Below, one piece after another: positions 1 through 11,840 of a stretch of 64,000 nt of DNA. The first letter of the stretch is position 1. Each line of letters starts with the position of its first letter. The position numbers and the translations under genes were made by a program. The stretch comes from Haliotis rufescens (lineage: Eukaryota), in assembly GCF_023055435.1 (NCBI RefSeq), contig NW_025963779.1:67580001-67644000 (forward strand). The letters run 5' to 3'. The notes below the pieces were generated by a model. It did no database searches, was not told where the DNA came from, and saw nothing but the letters and a program-made list of their open reading frames with translations.

Positions 1-289
1 ATCCCCTCGTAGTTTTACCAAGTACTGGGTGGCCACATTCTCAAATTACAAATATGTATTCTTCGGACATTTTAGAGAGAATATTGCTTCAGACATGATA
101 GAGCTGATAACTTCCAGAACGTGCCATATTGAATGGGATGTCTCTCTATCTGCTGTACCGCGATGCAGCATAATTGTCAAGATGTCAGAACACAAACGCA
201 TTCTCGTATTTTGATTATTTTAGTCATCTCTGACTGAACGACATTGTCTGTAACCCTTCTATTCGGACGAACTATATCGTGGCACTGAC

Positions 290-3200
290 CTGTCTGAACC
301 ACAGAGAACACACCGATAGTGAGACCCGCGGAGTGATACAGGGGAAGGGTTTCGTAAAGAATGTCACGTTCATTGAAGTTGAAGGTTGAAAATATAGCAG
401 TGGCAAGGATGGTCCGCTTGTGGGTGACAATGGCGGGTTTCGGTAAACCTGGAAAGAAATAGCGAAACTTGCATTGAAAACTTATAAAGATATCCACGCC
501 GTCATGGCATCTTACTAAAAAAACTGAATTATATGTTGACTGAGGAATTGGAATACACGGTAGCATGCAACATAAATTTACATTCTCGTGTGACGTTCGT
601 CTCTTGCATGGATTTCACGATGTTCTAAAGTAATCTTCAACTCTAAAACTGAAGAATACTTAGGGACAAAACCCTTCCCATGACCACTAGAAATTCCTGC
701 TATTTAAAAGCAGAGTCGATTGTACGATTCCGAATGTACCACGAGCATGTGTTTATGAATCACTATCAAAAAGTGATGATACCAGGTGTTCGAGCGTATC
801 CTGTCCCACCAGTGGCACCTGTTACAAACACATGCAAAGGCAAGTCAATTGTCCACTTGAAAAAACAACACGGGAACGTATGGTACAAGTCATAAATACG
901 GAATTGCATCGGACATCATTTTTGTACTGATGCGCCAGATGTCTTCCATAAAACCTTTTGAAAGCTTAACTGAGATCTTCAGTGTTGTAACCTTCATCAA
1001 AAAAACTTCTCAGCAAGAGTCGCATGCCGGTCTTTGAAATCTTGGTAGAAAGAGCATGCTCGATTGTACATCAAAAGCTGTGAAACGTAGACATCAAAGG
1101 CTTGAGCTGTTGGACTACTGCTCGACATGAAGCGAAAGGTGTTTATGGGAGAGTTATTGTCCTGAAGCAGTGAGAAACATGTTTCGTTTCCATCAATTAT
1201 ACAATGTTTTGGAAATTGCTCTACCTGTAATGCTAAGCGTAGTAGCAGATATACTAAATTCAGAAAATTCCCTGTACGGCGTCTAAGCAAAATGCCACAC
1301 ACCTGTTGTACCGGAAGTAAAAATGAACGAGGCAATGTCTGAGGCTGTTACGTCCGCTCTGTACTTGTAATCAACAGTGTCTGTCGACTCGCGTTCTGCT
1401 ATCTCTGTCAGTGAATCCAGGTTGAATCTTGCTGGTGTCGGACCATGTGCTAATACCTGTATGTATTTGATGTCATCCCGTATTGTGTGCACGGCTTCAG
1501 TAAGTACGTCATCTACAATAAAAATAACATGAGTTAATGAAACGGCGACTGAAAACAACACTTTTCATCGTTGGAGAGCTACAGTGTCTGCAACATATTT
1601 TGTTCGATAAAATCCCAGTACAAACATCCCCTTGCCTCATCTTGTCCGAACAACCACTTAACCCTATCTTGACCAAAATACCCACTTAGCCCCATCTAGT
1701 CCAATCGCCATCTTCCCGAGGCAAGGGAGTTGACTGACTATAAAAGTCCAGTTTCCACCAATCCCGAACTAGGCAGGAATTTCGTTGTTAGATCGTTGCG
1801 CTACCAATGACAAGGACGAGTTATGTTCCTTCTAGATGTCCCTCATACTGACCAATCAGATTCCACTATCATATTACTTGCACTTGCTTCAAACAAAATA
1901 GCGGTGCCCAGTCAAGACGATCTGATCCATACTCAACATTTATATAATATTGTAATAAAACGGGTCTTACCTCGCGAAGTGCAAATTAATTGAATATCGT
2001 GATTAAAAACACCCACTTAACCCCATATTGTCCAAATACCCACTTAACCCCATCTTGTACAAACACCCACTTAACCCCATCTTGTCCAAATACCCACTTA
2101 ACCCATCGTGTACAAACATCCACTTAACGCCATCTTGTATAAACACAGACTTAAACCCGTCTTGTACAAAAACCCACTTAACGCCATCTTGTACAAACAC
2201 AGTCTTAAAACCGTCTTGTACAAAACCCCACTTAAGCTAATCTTGTACAAACACAAACTTATCGCCATCTTGTACAAACACCCACTTAAACCCGTCTTGT
2301 ACAGATACTTACTCAGCCCATCTTGTCCGAACATTTCACGTGTGTCACGTGTTATTGTTACGACAAAACACAGCGGCATTGTATCATTCAGTGATATAAT
2401 TGGTACAGGGTTTTTTCTAAATAGTAAGAGACAAAACATTGTTACAGACGAGAATAATAATGGGTACATCAAAACGCGCGCGGGTTTTATTTGTACTGAC
2501 CTTGACCTACGATGAGTAACTTCGGCTTGCAGCTGGTGATGGAGTGGGCGAGAGACTTGTGACGGAGGTGGTAGTTGATGAGAGAGACGGACAGGCCGAT
2601 CTTCTGCAGACCTTAAACAATAGGGGGAAATGTAGGATACAATACTGAGCATTCTGTGTTGTGACAGAAAGTAATGGTGGTAAAAGTAGTAGCATCTGCC
2701 CGAGGCAAGAGTGTCCACAAGCCTTTTTATCAAAGTCTTGTAGAAACTAGGCTTTGATATAGGCTAGTGGACACGCTTGCCCCGGGGAGATGAATTATTA
2801 TTATTATTATTAATAGTAGTAGTAGTAGTAGTAGTGGCAGTAGTCGTAGTAGTAACATGAGTCGTCGTCGTTGTAGTAGTAGAAGTAGTAGTAGTGTCGT
2901 CGTCGTAGAAGTGGTAGTGGTAGTAATTTGGGGACCTTCACAAAAACGTGCACTCACAACCAAATGCCAGGTCTAACCTGCATTGCCTTTCTATCGTCGA
3001 ACACACGTGCATATATTATTTTTTTTAAGTGCAAGTATATAGCAGGAAGTTCAAAAACGCACTTTAAGAACAGGGTTGTTTTTTAACTCCCATTTCCTTG
3101 TGTCTAACAACATAGGATTCTGCGATTATAACTAGGTTTCAGCAATTTGTAAATCATGCCTACCGAAATATGTCCAGATGAACGCGGGTTCGTTAGTCAT

Positions 3201-3566
3201 CATGATTGCAGCAACATCTTTAGCCTTGAGTCCCAGTTTGAGGGCAGCCCGAGCTATCTGATTAGCTTTCTGGTCCACGAACTCGTAGGTGTAATTGTTG
3301 TCCTGGTAGATGATGAACGTCTGTTTGGGCCGTTCACGCACCTGCCTCTCCAGACAGTCCACGGCGAAGTCGCGCTTGTTGGTTCTCCTCTTTATATTCC
3401 GGACTAACCTCAACCCTGTTCTCAGATACTGCAGGTCGTATTTAATCCAGGGGAATGCCCAAACGACAAACAAGCACAAGGTGACGACTGCAGCCGCAGA
3501 AGTACCCAATATCGTCAGCAACATGTCGGCGTTGTCACCACTGATGTACGGGAATTTTCGGTCCAT
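290..3566 (-). CDS. SLC27A: Very-long-chain acyl-CoA synthetase / fatty acid transport protein (SLC27A2/FATP-like), first four exons; gene continues beyond the left edge
   Basis: Exons 3566-3164, 2611-2501, 1512-1303 and 448-290 are joined by GT..AG introns, all phase 1. N-terminal hydrophobic anchor followed by FPWIKYD, TYEFVDQKANQIARA, NEPAFIWTYFGLQKIG, the AMP-binding motif FIFTSGTTGLPKPA (split by intron 3) and LPLYHSAG. Confidence 0.92.
640..1170 (-). mobile_element. Decayed Penelope-like (Naiad-type) retroelement 3' remnant in SLC27 intron 3
   Basis: Minus-strand translation FMSSSSPTAQAFDVYVSQLLMYNRACSFYQDFKDRHATLAEKFF*...GY...AFKRFYGRH resembles the RT C-terminus of mollusc Penelope-like elements (recalled), with stops. 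Related sequence recurs at about 46950-47000, 52590-52950 and 53090-53230. Confidence 0.6.
1709..1981. mobile_element. MITE, family E (TIR CATCTTCCCGAGGCAAG)
   Basis: The same left end catcttcccgaggcaag..actataaaagt occurs at 31957 and 36707. Degenerate right TIR cttacctcgcgaagtg. Confidence 0.6.
2008..2330. repeat. 27-bp minisatellite, ~12 copies (AAACACCCACTTAACCCCATCTTGTAC)
   Basis: acccacttaa recurs at 2011, 2038 and onward. A few degenerate units at 1620-1705 lie on the other side of the MITE. Confidence 0.85.
2692..2791. mobile_element. Short (~100 bp) hairpin MITE related to family E
   Basis: catctgcccgaggcaagagtgtccac ... gtggacacgcttgccccggggagatg form inverted termini. Confidence 0.55.
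2793..2925. repeat. Compound trinucleotide microsatellite (TTA)n(TAG)n(GTC)n
   Basis: Directly visible. Confidence 0.9.
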
Positions 3567-4012
3567 TTATCTCAAACCTTTTTATTTTGAAATATGATTC
3601 ACAGTCCATAGCACGCACTTTCCACGTTCGGAAAAGGGGATGGAAACATCGGTCTTTTCGTCAATACCCAAGTAAAGATATTTCCATCACAGTGAAAATG
3701 TTCATTATATTCGATGATGCTGTTTACAGCGTCAAACTAGTTCATAGCACCGCGTCTGATAGAGAATGACTGCTCTCATATGTCAAAACTCGTCCTTGAA
3801 TATCAGAAACCTAAGTCACCATCCCGAGCTTGCTATTGGATATATATATATATATATTATATATTGTTAATTGGATGCCACATGGCGTGATCTATATTTC
3901 ATATTAAGAATGACAAAAACACATTTATTCAATCAGCTATATATATTTATTAGTGTATGTGTATATTACTTAACAAATCGCCTGACACATTCATCGTCAA
4001 GGCATTACGCTT

Positions 4013-4688
4013 GAGTCAGTGAGTTTGTTGGGTTTAACGCCGCTTTTGACAGTATCTCATTTATACCACGGCGTGACAGCTTAGGTATACGTGGTAGGAA
4101 AGCCCGAAATGATGCAGGTCTCTTTTGGTGCTGACAAACAGAACCATAATCAGGGCGAACCGGGACTCGAACCTTAGATCATATGTTCCTGGTAGGGCTG
4201 GGACGGGTAACTCGGGTACCCGGGTCAGGTGGGTACTGAGTAGGACCCGGGTACCCACAGGACTACCCGGACCCGTGGTTAGTCACGTGATATATTGTTT
4301 GATGACAAAAATTATCCAGAACTCTATGGTTACACTACAAGTCACTAATGTTCGCATTTCTTTCTGACTATGCACCCATTCCTTCTGATTTTTCATGTGG
4401 TTGAATAAAGATATAACTAAATTCGACTTCAGTGTGTGAATGACCAGATTGTTTAATACATGTATCTACATACGTTTTGCCAGGGATATGCTAAAAATGT
4501 TCCCATTCGAACATTTTGAGACATCTCCTGAGACCTACAGTGGGTACCCGGTTAGGGTCTTGTAATAGGGGGGTGGGTACCCGGGTAGTAAATTTGGGCT
4601 CGTCCCAGCCCTAGTTTCTGGCGTGCCTGAGGGACGCAACTCTGCATTGCGAATTTCGGCACCTAAGGCGATCGGGCCACCCGTGCCT
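4013..4688 (-). mobile_element. tRNA-derived SINE family D, interrupted by a hAT-type MITE
   Basis: Matches copies at 11570-11840, 35841-36058 and 38496-38720 (gtgggaggaaagcccgaa, ataatcagggcgaac..gggattcgaacc, gtttctggcgtg..gggacgcaactctgca). Confidence 0.75.
4193..4613. mobile_element. hAT-like MITE (421 bp)
   Basis: Perfect TIR TAGGGCTGGGACG...CGTCCCAGCCCTA. 8-bp TSD gttcctgg/gtttctgg. Subterminal GGGTACCC repeats at both ends. Confidence 0.85.
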
Positions 4689-4735
4689 CGGACAACGCTG
4701 CGGGACGACTTTGTCCGAAATTTTCCGAGTGTTTA

Positions 4736-4760
4736 GTCACGTGATATTCTACGCCATTTT
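4736..4760. promoter_or_regulatory. Putative core promoter of the divergent gene pair (E-box GTCACGTGAT plus YY1-like CGCCATTTT)
   Basis: The motifs lie between the SLC27 start (3566, minus) and the first coding exon of the + strand gene (5610). Confidence 0.4.
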
Positions 4761-5609
4761 CGAAGTCGACGAATGTGAAAGAAATGAAGAGAGATAAGGG
4801 CGGTATGACGATACATTTCATGATTATTAGTAATGTCCTTCATGAAGAATGATTTCTTTAACTTCGTCCTTGTCCATTATTTTGTTCTTTCTCATTCGAT
4901 CTACGATATCGCGACGTTCATGGGAGAGAAGCCAAATTTGAACGTGGTTGTGGATTTTGTAAAGAGTATGCTGGATCTATTCATTTATGTACTGTCATGG
5001 TCTTATTATTACGGTAATCCTCTTGTGAATTAAGTAATGAATCATTCAGATGATATCAGATAGCTTATAATAGACTTGTCGCTTATATAGTCCTGTCGTC
5101 GATCAATGAAGGTACGGGAGGTAACTCTTAGTGTCGGCAAGTGTTTATAAGAGTTGTTTCCCCCTAATTATTTAGTGTCGCCTACTAAGGTTACATGAAA
5201 AATGCTTCAACGCTCTGGAATATGTAAACTATTAGTGAAGTATTATCACTACTTTAAAACCAAATAAAAGACATTTTCATGATTTTGATCATGTTTATAA
5301 GGCATACAACTACATAATAAGCAAATAATTTTTTCAGGAAATTATTGAACAACAATCACTAGATTCTAGCTGTGAGTTAGAAGGCGTGACAGGGTATTTT
5401 CATATTTAAACCATTATCATACATCACTGATTACACCGGGAAACAAGAATGGATGTGTGTTTATAGCCCTGTCCCAAGCATTGTTTCAGATAAATCACCT
5501 GAAATTTCTACCATTTTTTAGCATATTTTATGAATTTATTTGAAACTTTATTTGTCAGAAAGGCAATGTAATGAACATAATTTGTTTTTACATTTTTGAC
5601 AATTCAGGC

Positions 5610-7939
5610 ATGGGAACTACCTGGATGACGAGCAGACAGGTTGCCCCATTCCAGGCTTTAATGAACATGATCAAAGTGAATTACTTTGCCAAGTCTGAGG
5701 TATTCAGAGCTCTGATAGCTCTACTGTGTGACTACGACAGTACATGTTCAGAAAGTTTTAGAAAGGTATGTTTACTGTTATACGAGTTAAAACATTGTCT
5801 CAAGACTCATTCTTGCAGAATCTAGTTTTCTCATGAGCAAAATACCTCAATGTAGAAATAGGACAAGTAGGGGTTCATCTGGTGAATTTAGACCTTCAAC
5901 TAACAAAGCAACTTGAAAAACACTATACAACTTAAAGTATCCACTTTGTCTGTTTTAACTTCAGGTTGACTTGAATATTAATTATATATATTGGTCAAGT
6001 GACAAATAAGCCCACTCTAGTCTGAAGCATTGTCATATATAATATGATATGTATATGTCTTCCATACACAAATTATTTCAAAAGTATTTTCATTCCAGAC
6101 CTCACGCTACATTAGTGTGCTTCTTGGAGATAGCCAAGACCTTGCTGATTGCCTGATCTCCTTCCTGCCTCATCCCTCTCCCCCAGCCCCACCTCCACCT
6201 GAAGTTGTTACTACCCCCTCCTGGCATCCACCTATGGTCAAGCCAGGTTTGGTGCCATCTCACGCAGTTCAGAATATCTTCCATCTTCAGTCAGGAAGTG
6301 CTGCTTCAACATCCAATCTCAACATGCATGATCTGACAGCAACATTAAGATTACAGGAAGGAATCTGTAGATGGTAATATCTGTTGGGGGAAAATTGGGG
6401 AAATGATAAATCACTCATTTTTCTCATCAGTCAATATCTTTCGATTGCTTGGAGAGAATACATAAAAAGGAAGCAATCAATATAACTTAAATGTTACTTT
6501 TGGAATGGAAACACATGGGAACCCGGGTTAGAATGTGCCCAATAACCTTATGCTTGTTGTTAGAGGCAACCGAAATGGATTTGGGGTGAGGCTCAGTTGA
6601 TTGTCATCCTAACTATGCTAACCAACAGCAAGAGGCGATGTCATACTAACCACTAGTGACAGACTGGATTATCAACTGGCCACAGTGATATGACTGGAAT
6701 ATTGCTGATTGCTGTGTTAAATAACATTCACTCACTTCAGTATATTTATATATTCTAGTGTAAATGATATTCACGCATCATTCTAGATTTTCAGTTGGCT
6801 CGGATAAAATTAGTGTCCATATTTAACCATTACGTATATGTTGGCATTGTAGGTGTGCACCAATGATGAATGAGAACATCAGTATGCCTGGATTAGTCCG
6901 GCCAAACATCTCTGCTAGTATGCAGAACATGAAGACTATTGCAACAGCCAAGTTTGGCTTTGATAGGGCAACCCCTCTCCTTCGTCCCTTCATGATGCCT
7001 CATCCAGGAGGTGATGCTAGCAATTGTCCCAGGATTCAGTCAACATTGGAGAGAGCTCCTGTCAGACCTCTCTCAGGCAGTACTACCCAGTCTGCTAAAC
7101 ATCATACTTTTGGCTTGGGACATCTCCCATCTGACCCCCATCATCTGCAGGTGCCTAGAGATCAGAAACCCCTGGATCTGTCTAAAGGTGACATAAGAAG
7201 TCTCACAGACTGTGTAACTGATCTTGTGGATCAGGTCCTTCCTCTGCCAAATCCTGTTACCAGTGGTCTCAATGTAAATCAAACGAACAAAACTGAACCA
7301 AACACTGCATTACCATATAGGGCACTAAATCAAAATTTTACATCACCAGAGTCTTCGGGTATCAAGTGTGTACCACCTGGCAACACTCCACTTTCCCATC
7401 TCCTGAATATGACAGCTTCATATGGAAAAGGACACTCTCTGCACACTTTGACCAACGGAAAACACACGAATGACATTCTGGACCAACACCATACGACTGC
7501 TGTGAAGAAGGTAAACCGACTGAAATCAAAGTCTGGCCGGGAACTGGAGTCTCTGAAGGAACTGACGGGGAAGCTCAAACTTGCTGAGAAGAAAATAAAG
7601 TTGTCACAGCAGTATGCCAAACTTTTCCACCCCACAAGTCCAGGTCAAGTTGGATTCACATCTACAGGAATCCCATTCCGGGTTATGGACCCCAAGATGC
7701 AGTATCCCATTCAGGAAACAGCCAAGAACTTGACTTCCTTCCCTTACATCCAGAGGGTCATCTTGCCAGATGGCGAGATGCGAACACTGAACTTCGACAA
7801 CTCATCTACTAAGGTGGAGGACAACAGTCAAGAACAAAATTACGTTGAGACACATGCAAGTGGACATAATTTGCCTTTAAGGCAAGATTCCAGCGATAAA
7901 CCCAGGAAGAAAAAGAGTAAGCACTTGGTGAAGACCTAA
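5610..7939 (+). CDS. Uncharacterised ~505-aa nuclear protein with PAH (paired amphipathic helix)-like domain, PLDLS motif and basic NLS-like tail
   Basis: Exons 5610-5765, 6099-6373 and 6853-7939, with phase-consistent GT..AG junctions (phase 0, then phase 2), 1518 nt total. AATAAA at 8096-8101. The acceptor at 5605-5607 implies an upstream (probably non-coding) exon. Confidence 0.75.
6518..6735 (+). mobile_element. Degenerate family C (V-domain-like) SINE in intron
   Basis: cccgggttagaat..tgcttgttgttagaggcaac...ggaatattgctga..ttaaataacattcactcac. Confidence 0.55.
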
Positions 7940-10311
7940 ATCGGGGCATTCAGAAATCCTGATAAAAAGCATGGACTCCCAAGGGGTACCCCAAACAGAC
8001 TCTTGTAGTTTACAAATTGATTCTTTTGTGTTTCAGGGGTATTCTTTCACATAAATCATGTGCAATCAAACATGTTAAAGTTAAACTCTTGTTATAATAA
8101 AGTTTGTTCCAAGAAATGACTGGATTATTTTTGTTTTGTTTAACTGATGGTGGAGGTGGTTTCAAGAACATCTTCCTTTTTCACATATCGATCAAAGTAC
8201 CCATAGTTACAAGTGTAACACTAAGACAGATATGTGAAAAAAGCCCTGAAGTCTAAAGTTTGCAAATATTTCTTTTGAAACTTCAGAATGTTAAATGATT
8301 AATTTTTCTTAAAAATAAAATGGAAAAAATATAAAATATTGTTACGTCTTCTCGACGGATATAAAGCCCAATGACGTGAAACTAAGTGTGCTAGGCAACA
8401 ATGTTATGCCTACTTTTGCAGATCAAATAACATTGCTAATATCATAAACGGATGTGTGAATTTGAATTGATACAATGGCCATAACCACTTGGAATGTTGA
8501 TGCTGACAAGGCCACAATAAGAGAAAGCCTTTGTTTTGAGCAACCCTCACGACCCTGCAAAAGACCCTCACATCAGCATTGGTCGTCCCTAACCATCACT
8601 AATGGTCTCACTCCGGATGAAAAACAAACTCCTACCTACCAATGCAACAGATGCTTTTAATGATGGCTCAACTTCCATTAGGCTGCCTTGCTGGTATGCC
8701 CAGCTGGTGACTATCAAGTGAGCTTAAACTGGTACTATTCTTTCCATTCATTATTGACAGTGTCTCTGCTGGAGATGTCTCAAACTAATAGACCTGTGAA
8801 CATCTGCCTCACCATCTCTACAAGATACAGGACATATCACAAAGCTGTCACTATATTCAAAAGTATGTGTAAATATACAGTTATTTTAACTACTGCCCTT
8901 GAATGGTTCTAAATACTACCGCACAGCATTTACTGTGATGGGACTTTTTTAACCACCTTTCCATGCATTCGTGACAAACTTGTGTTATTCCGGGACAAGC
9001 CGAATAGCGACTCGTGCCCCTCTATGGCCATATTTGTGACTTGGACCCGTCTTAGCGCAAACGGGCAGACCTGAAACAATTGTCAACTCGTTGCGTAATG
9101 GTTCACTTATATATTTCCCCATATATTATACATATTTTAGATGCAATTTAAAGCACAGCTGGACATGCAGAATTATACAGTATGATTGAACACATTTAAC
9201 TGTCTTGGGTATATTTTTGGATGCAAGACATATGTAATATCAAAAATTATTTCTGAGGGATTCTTTGACAAAGAACTTGAAATCATACACACATTCTGAT
9301 TGGTTTGTAGTATTTTCACACATAACATTCATCGATAGGGGGACGAGTCTTCTTGCAGGTTACGGAAAGGGGCGAGTGGTGACGAATGCTTTCCATGATG
9401 CCTTGGTTGGACTTATCCTTGCTCTGTGACACCCGGTCTGTCCATACAGGTGTGAAGCTCAACTGAATTGAGGCAACAGGTGTCAGTTGGGTATTCAAAA
9501 CTTGTTTAACTTATGGGTGATGGTGCTGCAAATCTGATAAATGGGACTAGATCCCAGAAATCCTTGGAACCTTTTCACTGCAAATGAGTATCTCTCTCAA
9601 TCAGGAATTTAAAATACAAATACCATTTGTCTTTGTGAAATTGATAACAAATTAATTATATATCAACTTTGAAAAATAATTATCAAAATAATTATCAAAA
9701 TAATTATCAAAATAACCTAGACTTAGATTTTTTCTTCTTCACATTTTGCTAACCAGGCAAGTCTCATGGAAGCATATGATGTTATCCATCATATCAATGC
9801 TATGGAAAAAATTATTGATAACTTCTGTATCTTATAATGTTGATAAGCATTATGTGTTTTAATAATCTCGGTGTTATGGAGTATTTGATGCCTGGAAGTT
9901 CTAACATTTGAAACCTCGAGCGAACACTATCAGTTCAAAATGAAATTTCTGGGTGTTGAAGACTTACTAACACCCACAAATCTGGAAACAAATGTATCTC
10001 CTTACAAGATACTACTATTCAAATCCAGCTGTCATTGTGGCCATCTGATTCACATTCTAAACTACAATCACTCACAAACAATGTCCTACACCAAGGGAGC
10101 AGTTCAGAAGATTTATGCTGAAAACAAAACTTTATTCTTTAAGTTTTCTATTCAACAAAATCAGCTTTTCCAGGGATTTAGTTTTTCATGTTATGAAGTA
10201 ACAGCTCTGTTTGTCTTATTTCTTAGCATATCGACCGTATGTTTAAAGTGAGTTGAGTGGAAATGTTGTCAAACTGACATAGTCAAATGCTCTGCCTCGC
10301 CACCAGCTTTA

Positions 10312-10654
10312 GGTGAGGTGAAATTGGGTTTAATGTCGCGTCCAAGATTATTGCACTTATATAGCGACGTGCATGCACGTTTGTGTGCATGACTGCTTGT
10401 ACTAGTCCGGACTGATGCCGATTTATAGTGCTAGTTCACTGACATACCATGCCGCAGTTTAACATGAATACCCCACTCAGACACAGTATACTGACTCCGT
10501 GCCGACCAGTCCTTGTTTTAGCCCCTTAATGCCGAGCGCCAGACAGGGTAACAAGTACCATCTTTTAATGCTTTTGGTATGACGCGGCCGGGATCGAGCC
10601 CCGGACCTTCCGCTCTCTAGGCGGACGCTCTACCACTAGACCACGGAGGCGGTC
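10312..10654 (-). mobile_element. tRNA-derived SINE family B (Meta-domain-like core), full length
   Basis: tRNA-like head (gtggtctagtgg, ggctcgatccc), core gtcataccaaaag...ggtacttgttaccctgtctggcgctcggcattaagggg, (CACCT)n tail. ~15-bp TSD tcgccaccagcttta. Confidence 0.85.
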
Positions 10655-11194
10655 GCCACCAGCTTTAATTTTGGGGGCAAAGTAGGATTCACTTTACAAA
10701 AGAATCTCTTTGAGGATGCCAGTATTTGAACAATTAAGTCAAGTCAACATCAAGATGAACAACAAAGATTAGTTTCATAAATATTTATTTACAAAATAGT
10801 ACATTTTTCTTATATTTTTTTACAAAGATACTGCATAATAACTGGTCCATCAATGACTATACATGTTACACAATGGATAAGCACATGTATTTATCAGGCT
10901 AAAACAAACATAATGATTCTCAGACTTCTAAAGATGAATGTGGATAGTATGAAAATGTGATAAAGTGTGCAACTTGCCTGTCAGAATTTTAGTATTTAGC
11001 TTCATACTGAACTACTAATTTTATTGCTTTTGTGCAGGAGTGTTTTAACCGATACACCAGTGCCTGAAATCCAAGATTAGGAAACAATTCCTTATCTTTT
11101 TTAATTATGGATAAAACCTTCTTTGACAGAAGTAAATCCATGTACATGTTATTGTGAACATAATATTAAATATCTTGCAATTTTAATTTTTTGT

Positions 11195-11437
11195 TTAGTT
11201 GCCCCACTCAGCAATATTCCAGCTATATGACGGCAGTCTGTAAATTATCAAGTCTGGACCAGACAATCATGTGATTGACATCATGAGCATCGATCCACGC
11301 AAATGGTATACGATGACATTTATCAACTAAGTCAGCAAGCCTGACCACCCGATTTAGTTGCCTTTTACGACCAGCATAGTCGCCTTTCACTGCAAGCATG
11401 GGTTGCTAAAGACCTATTCTATCGCAGATCTTCACCC
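11195..11437 (-). mobile_element. SINE family C (V-domain-like, RUDI-like)
   Basis: Reverse complement of gtgaagatc..tagaataggtc...gtcgtaaaaggcaactaa...ggaatattgctgagtg. Same family as 16322 and 20185. Confidence 0.7.
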
Positions 11438-11569
11438 AAACACTTAAATATTGGTATTAATATTTTAACTACTACGATAGAAACTGAATACATTTCACAC
11501 ATGACATTATTTACTCTGAATGAAACAATAAATGTGTGTGTGTTACATACAAATGGCAGGAGTGGGAGA

Positions 11570-11840
11570 GTTTGGTTTAATTCCACTTTGAACATTATTT
11601 CAGTCATATACATCAGGGTGTGCCAGCATGATGTGGGAGGAAAGCCCAAATTGATGTAGGTGTTTTATGTATACCATATTGGCATGTTGGTGAAACCCAC
11701 GAACACGGGTATGGTATAAACCTAGAAAAATAATCAGGGCTAAGAGGGATTCGAATCCACGATCACAGGTTTCTGGTATGCCAAAGGGAGGCAACTCTAC
11801 ACAGCACATGGTGTTGCCTAAGTGGACTGTGCCACCCATG
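11570..11840 (-). mobile_element. SINE family D, diverged copy
   Basis: gtgggaggaaagccc, ataatcagggc, gggattcgaatcc, gtttctgg motifs. Confidence 0.65.

Noticed and set aside
4833-5033. 66-aa ORF as first coding exon of the + strand gene
   Set aside because: I found no convincing in-frame donor linking it to the acceptor at 5607. More likely 5' UTR or intron, though not excluded.
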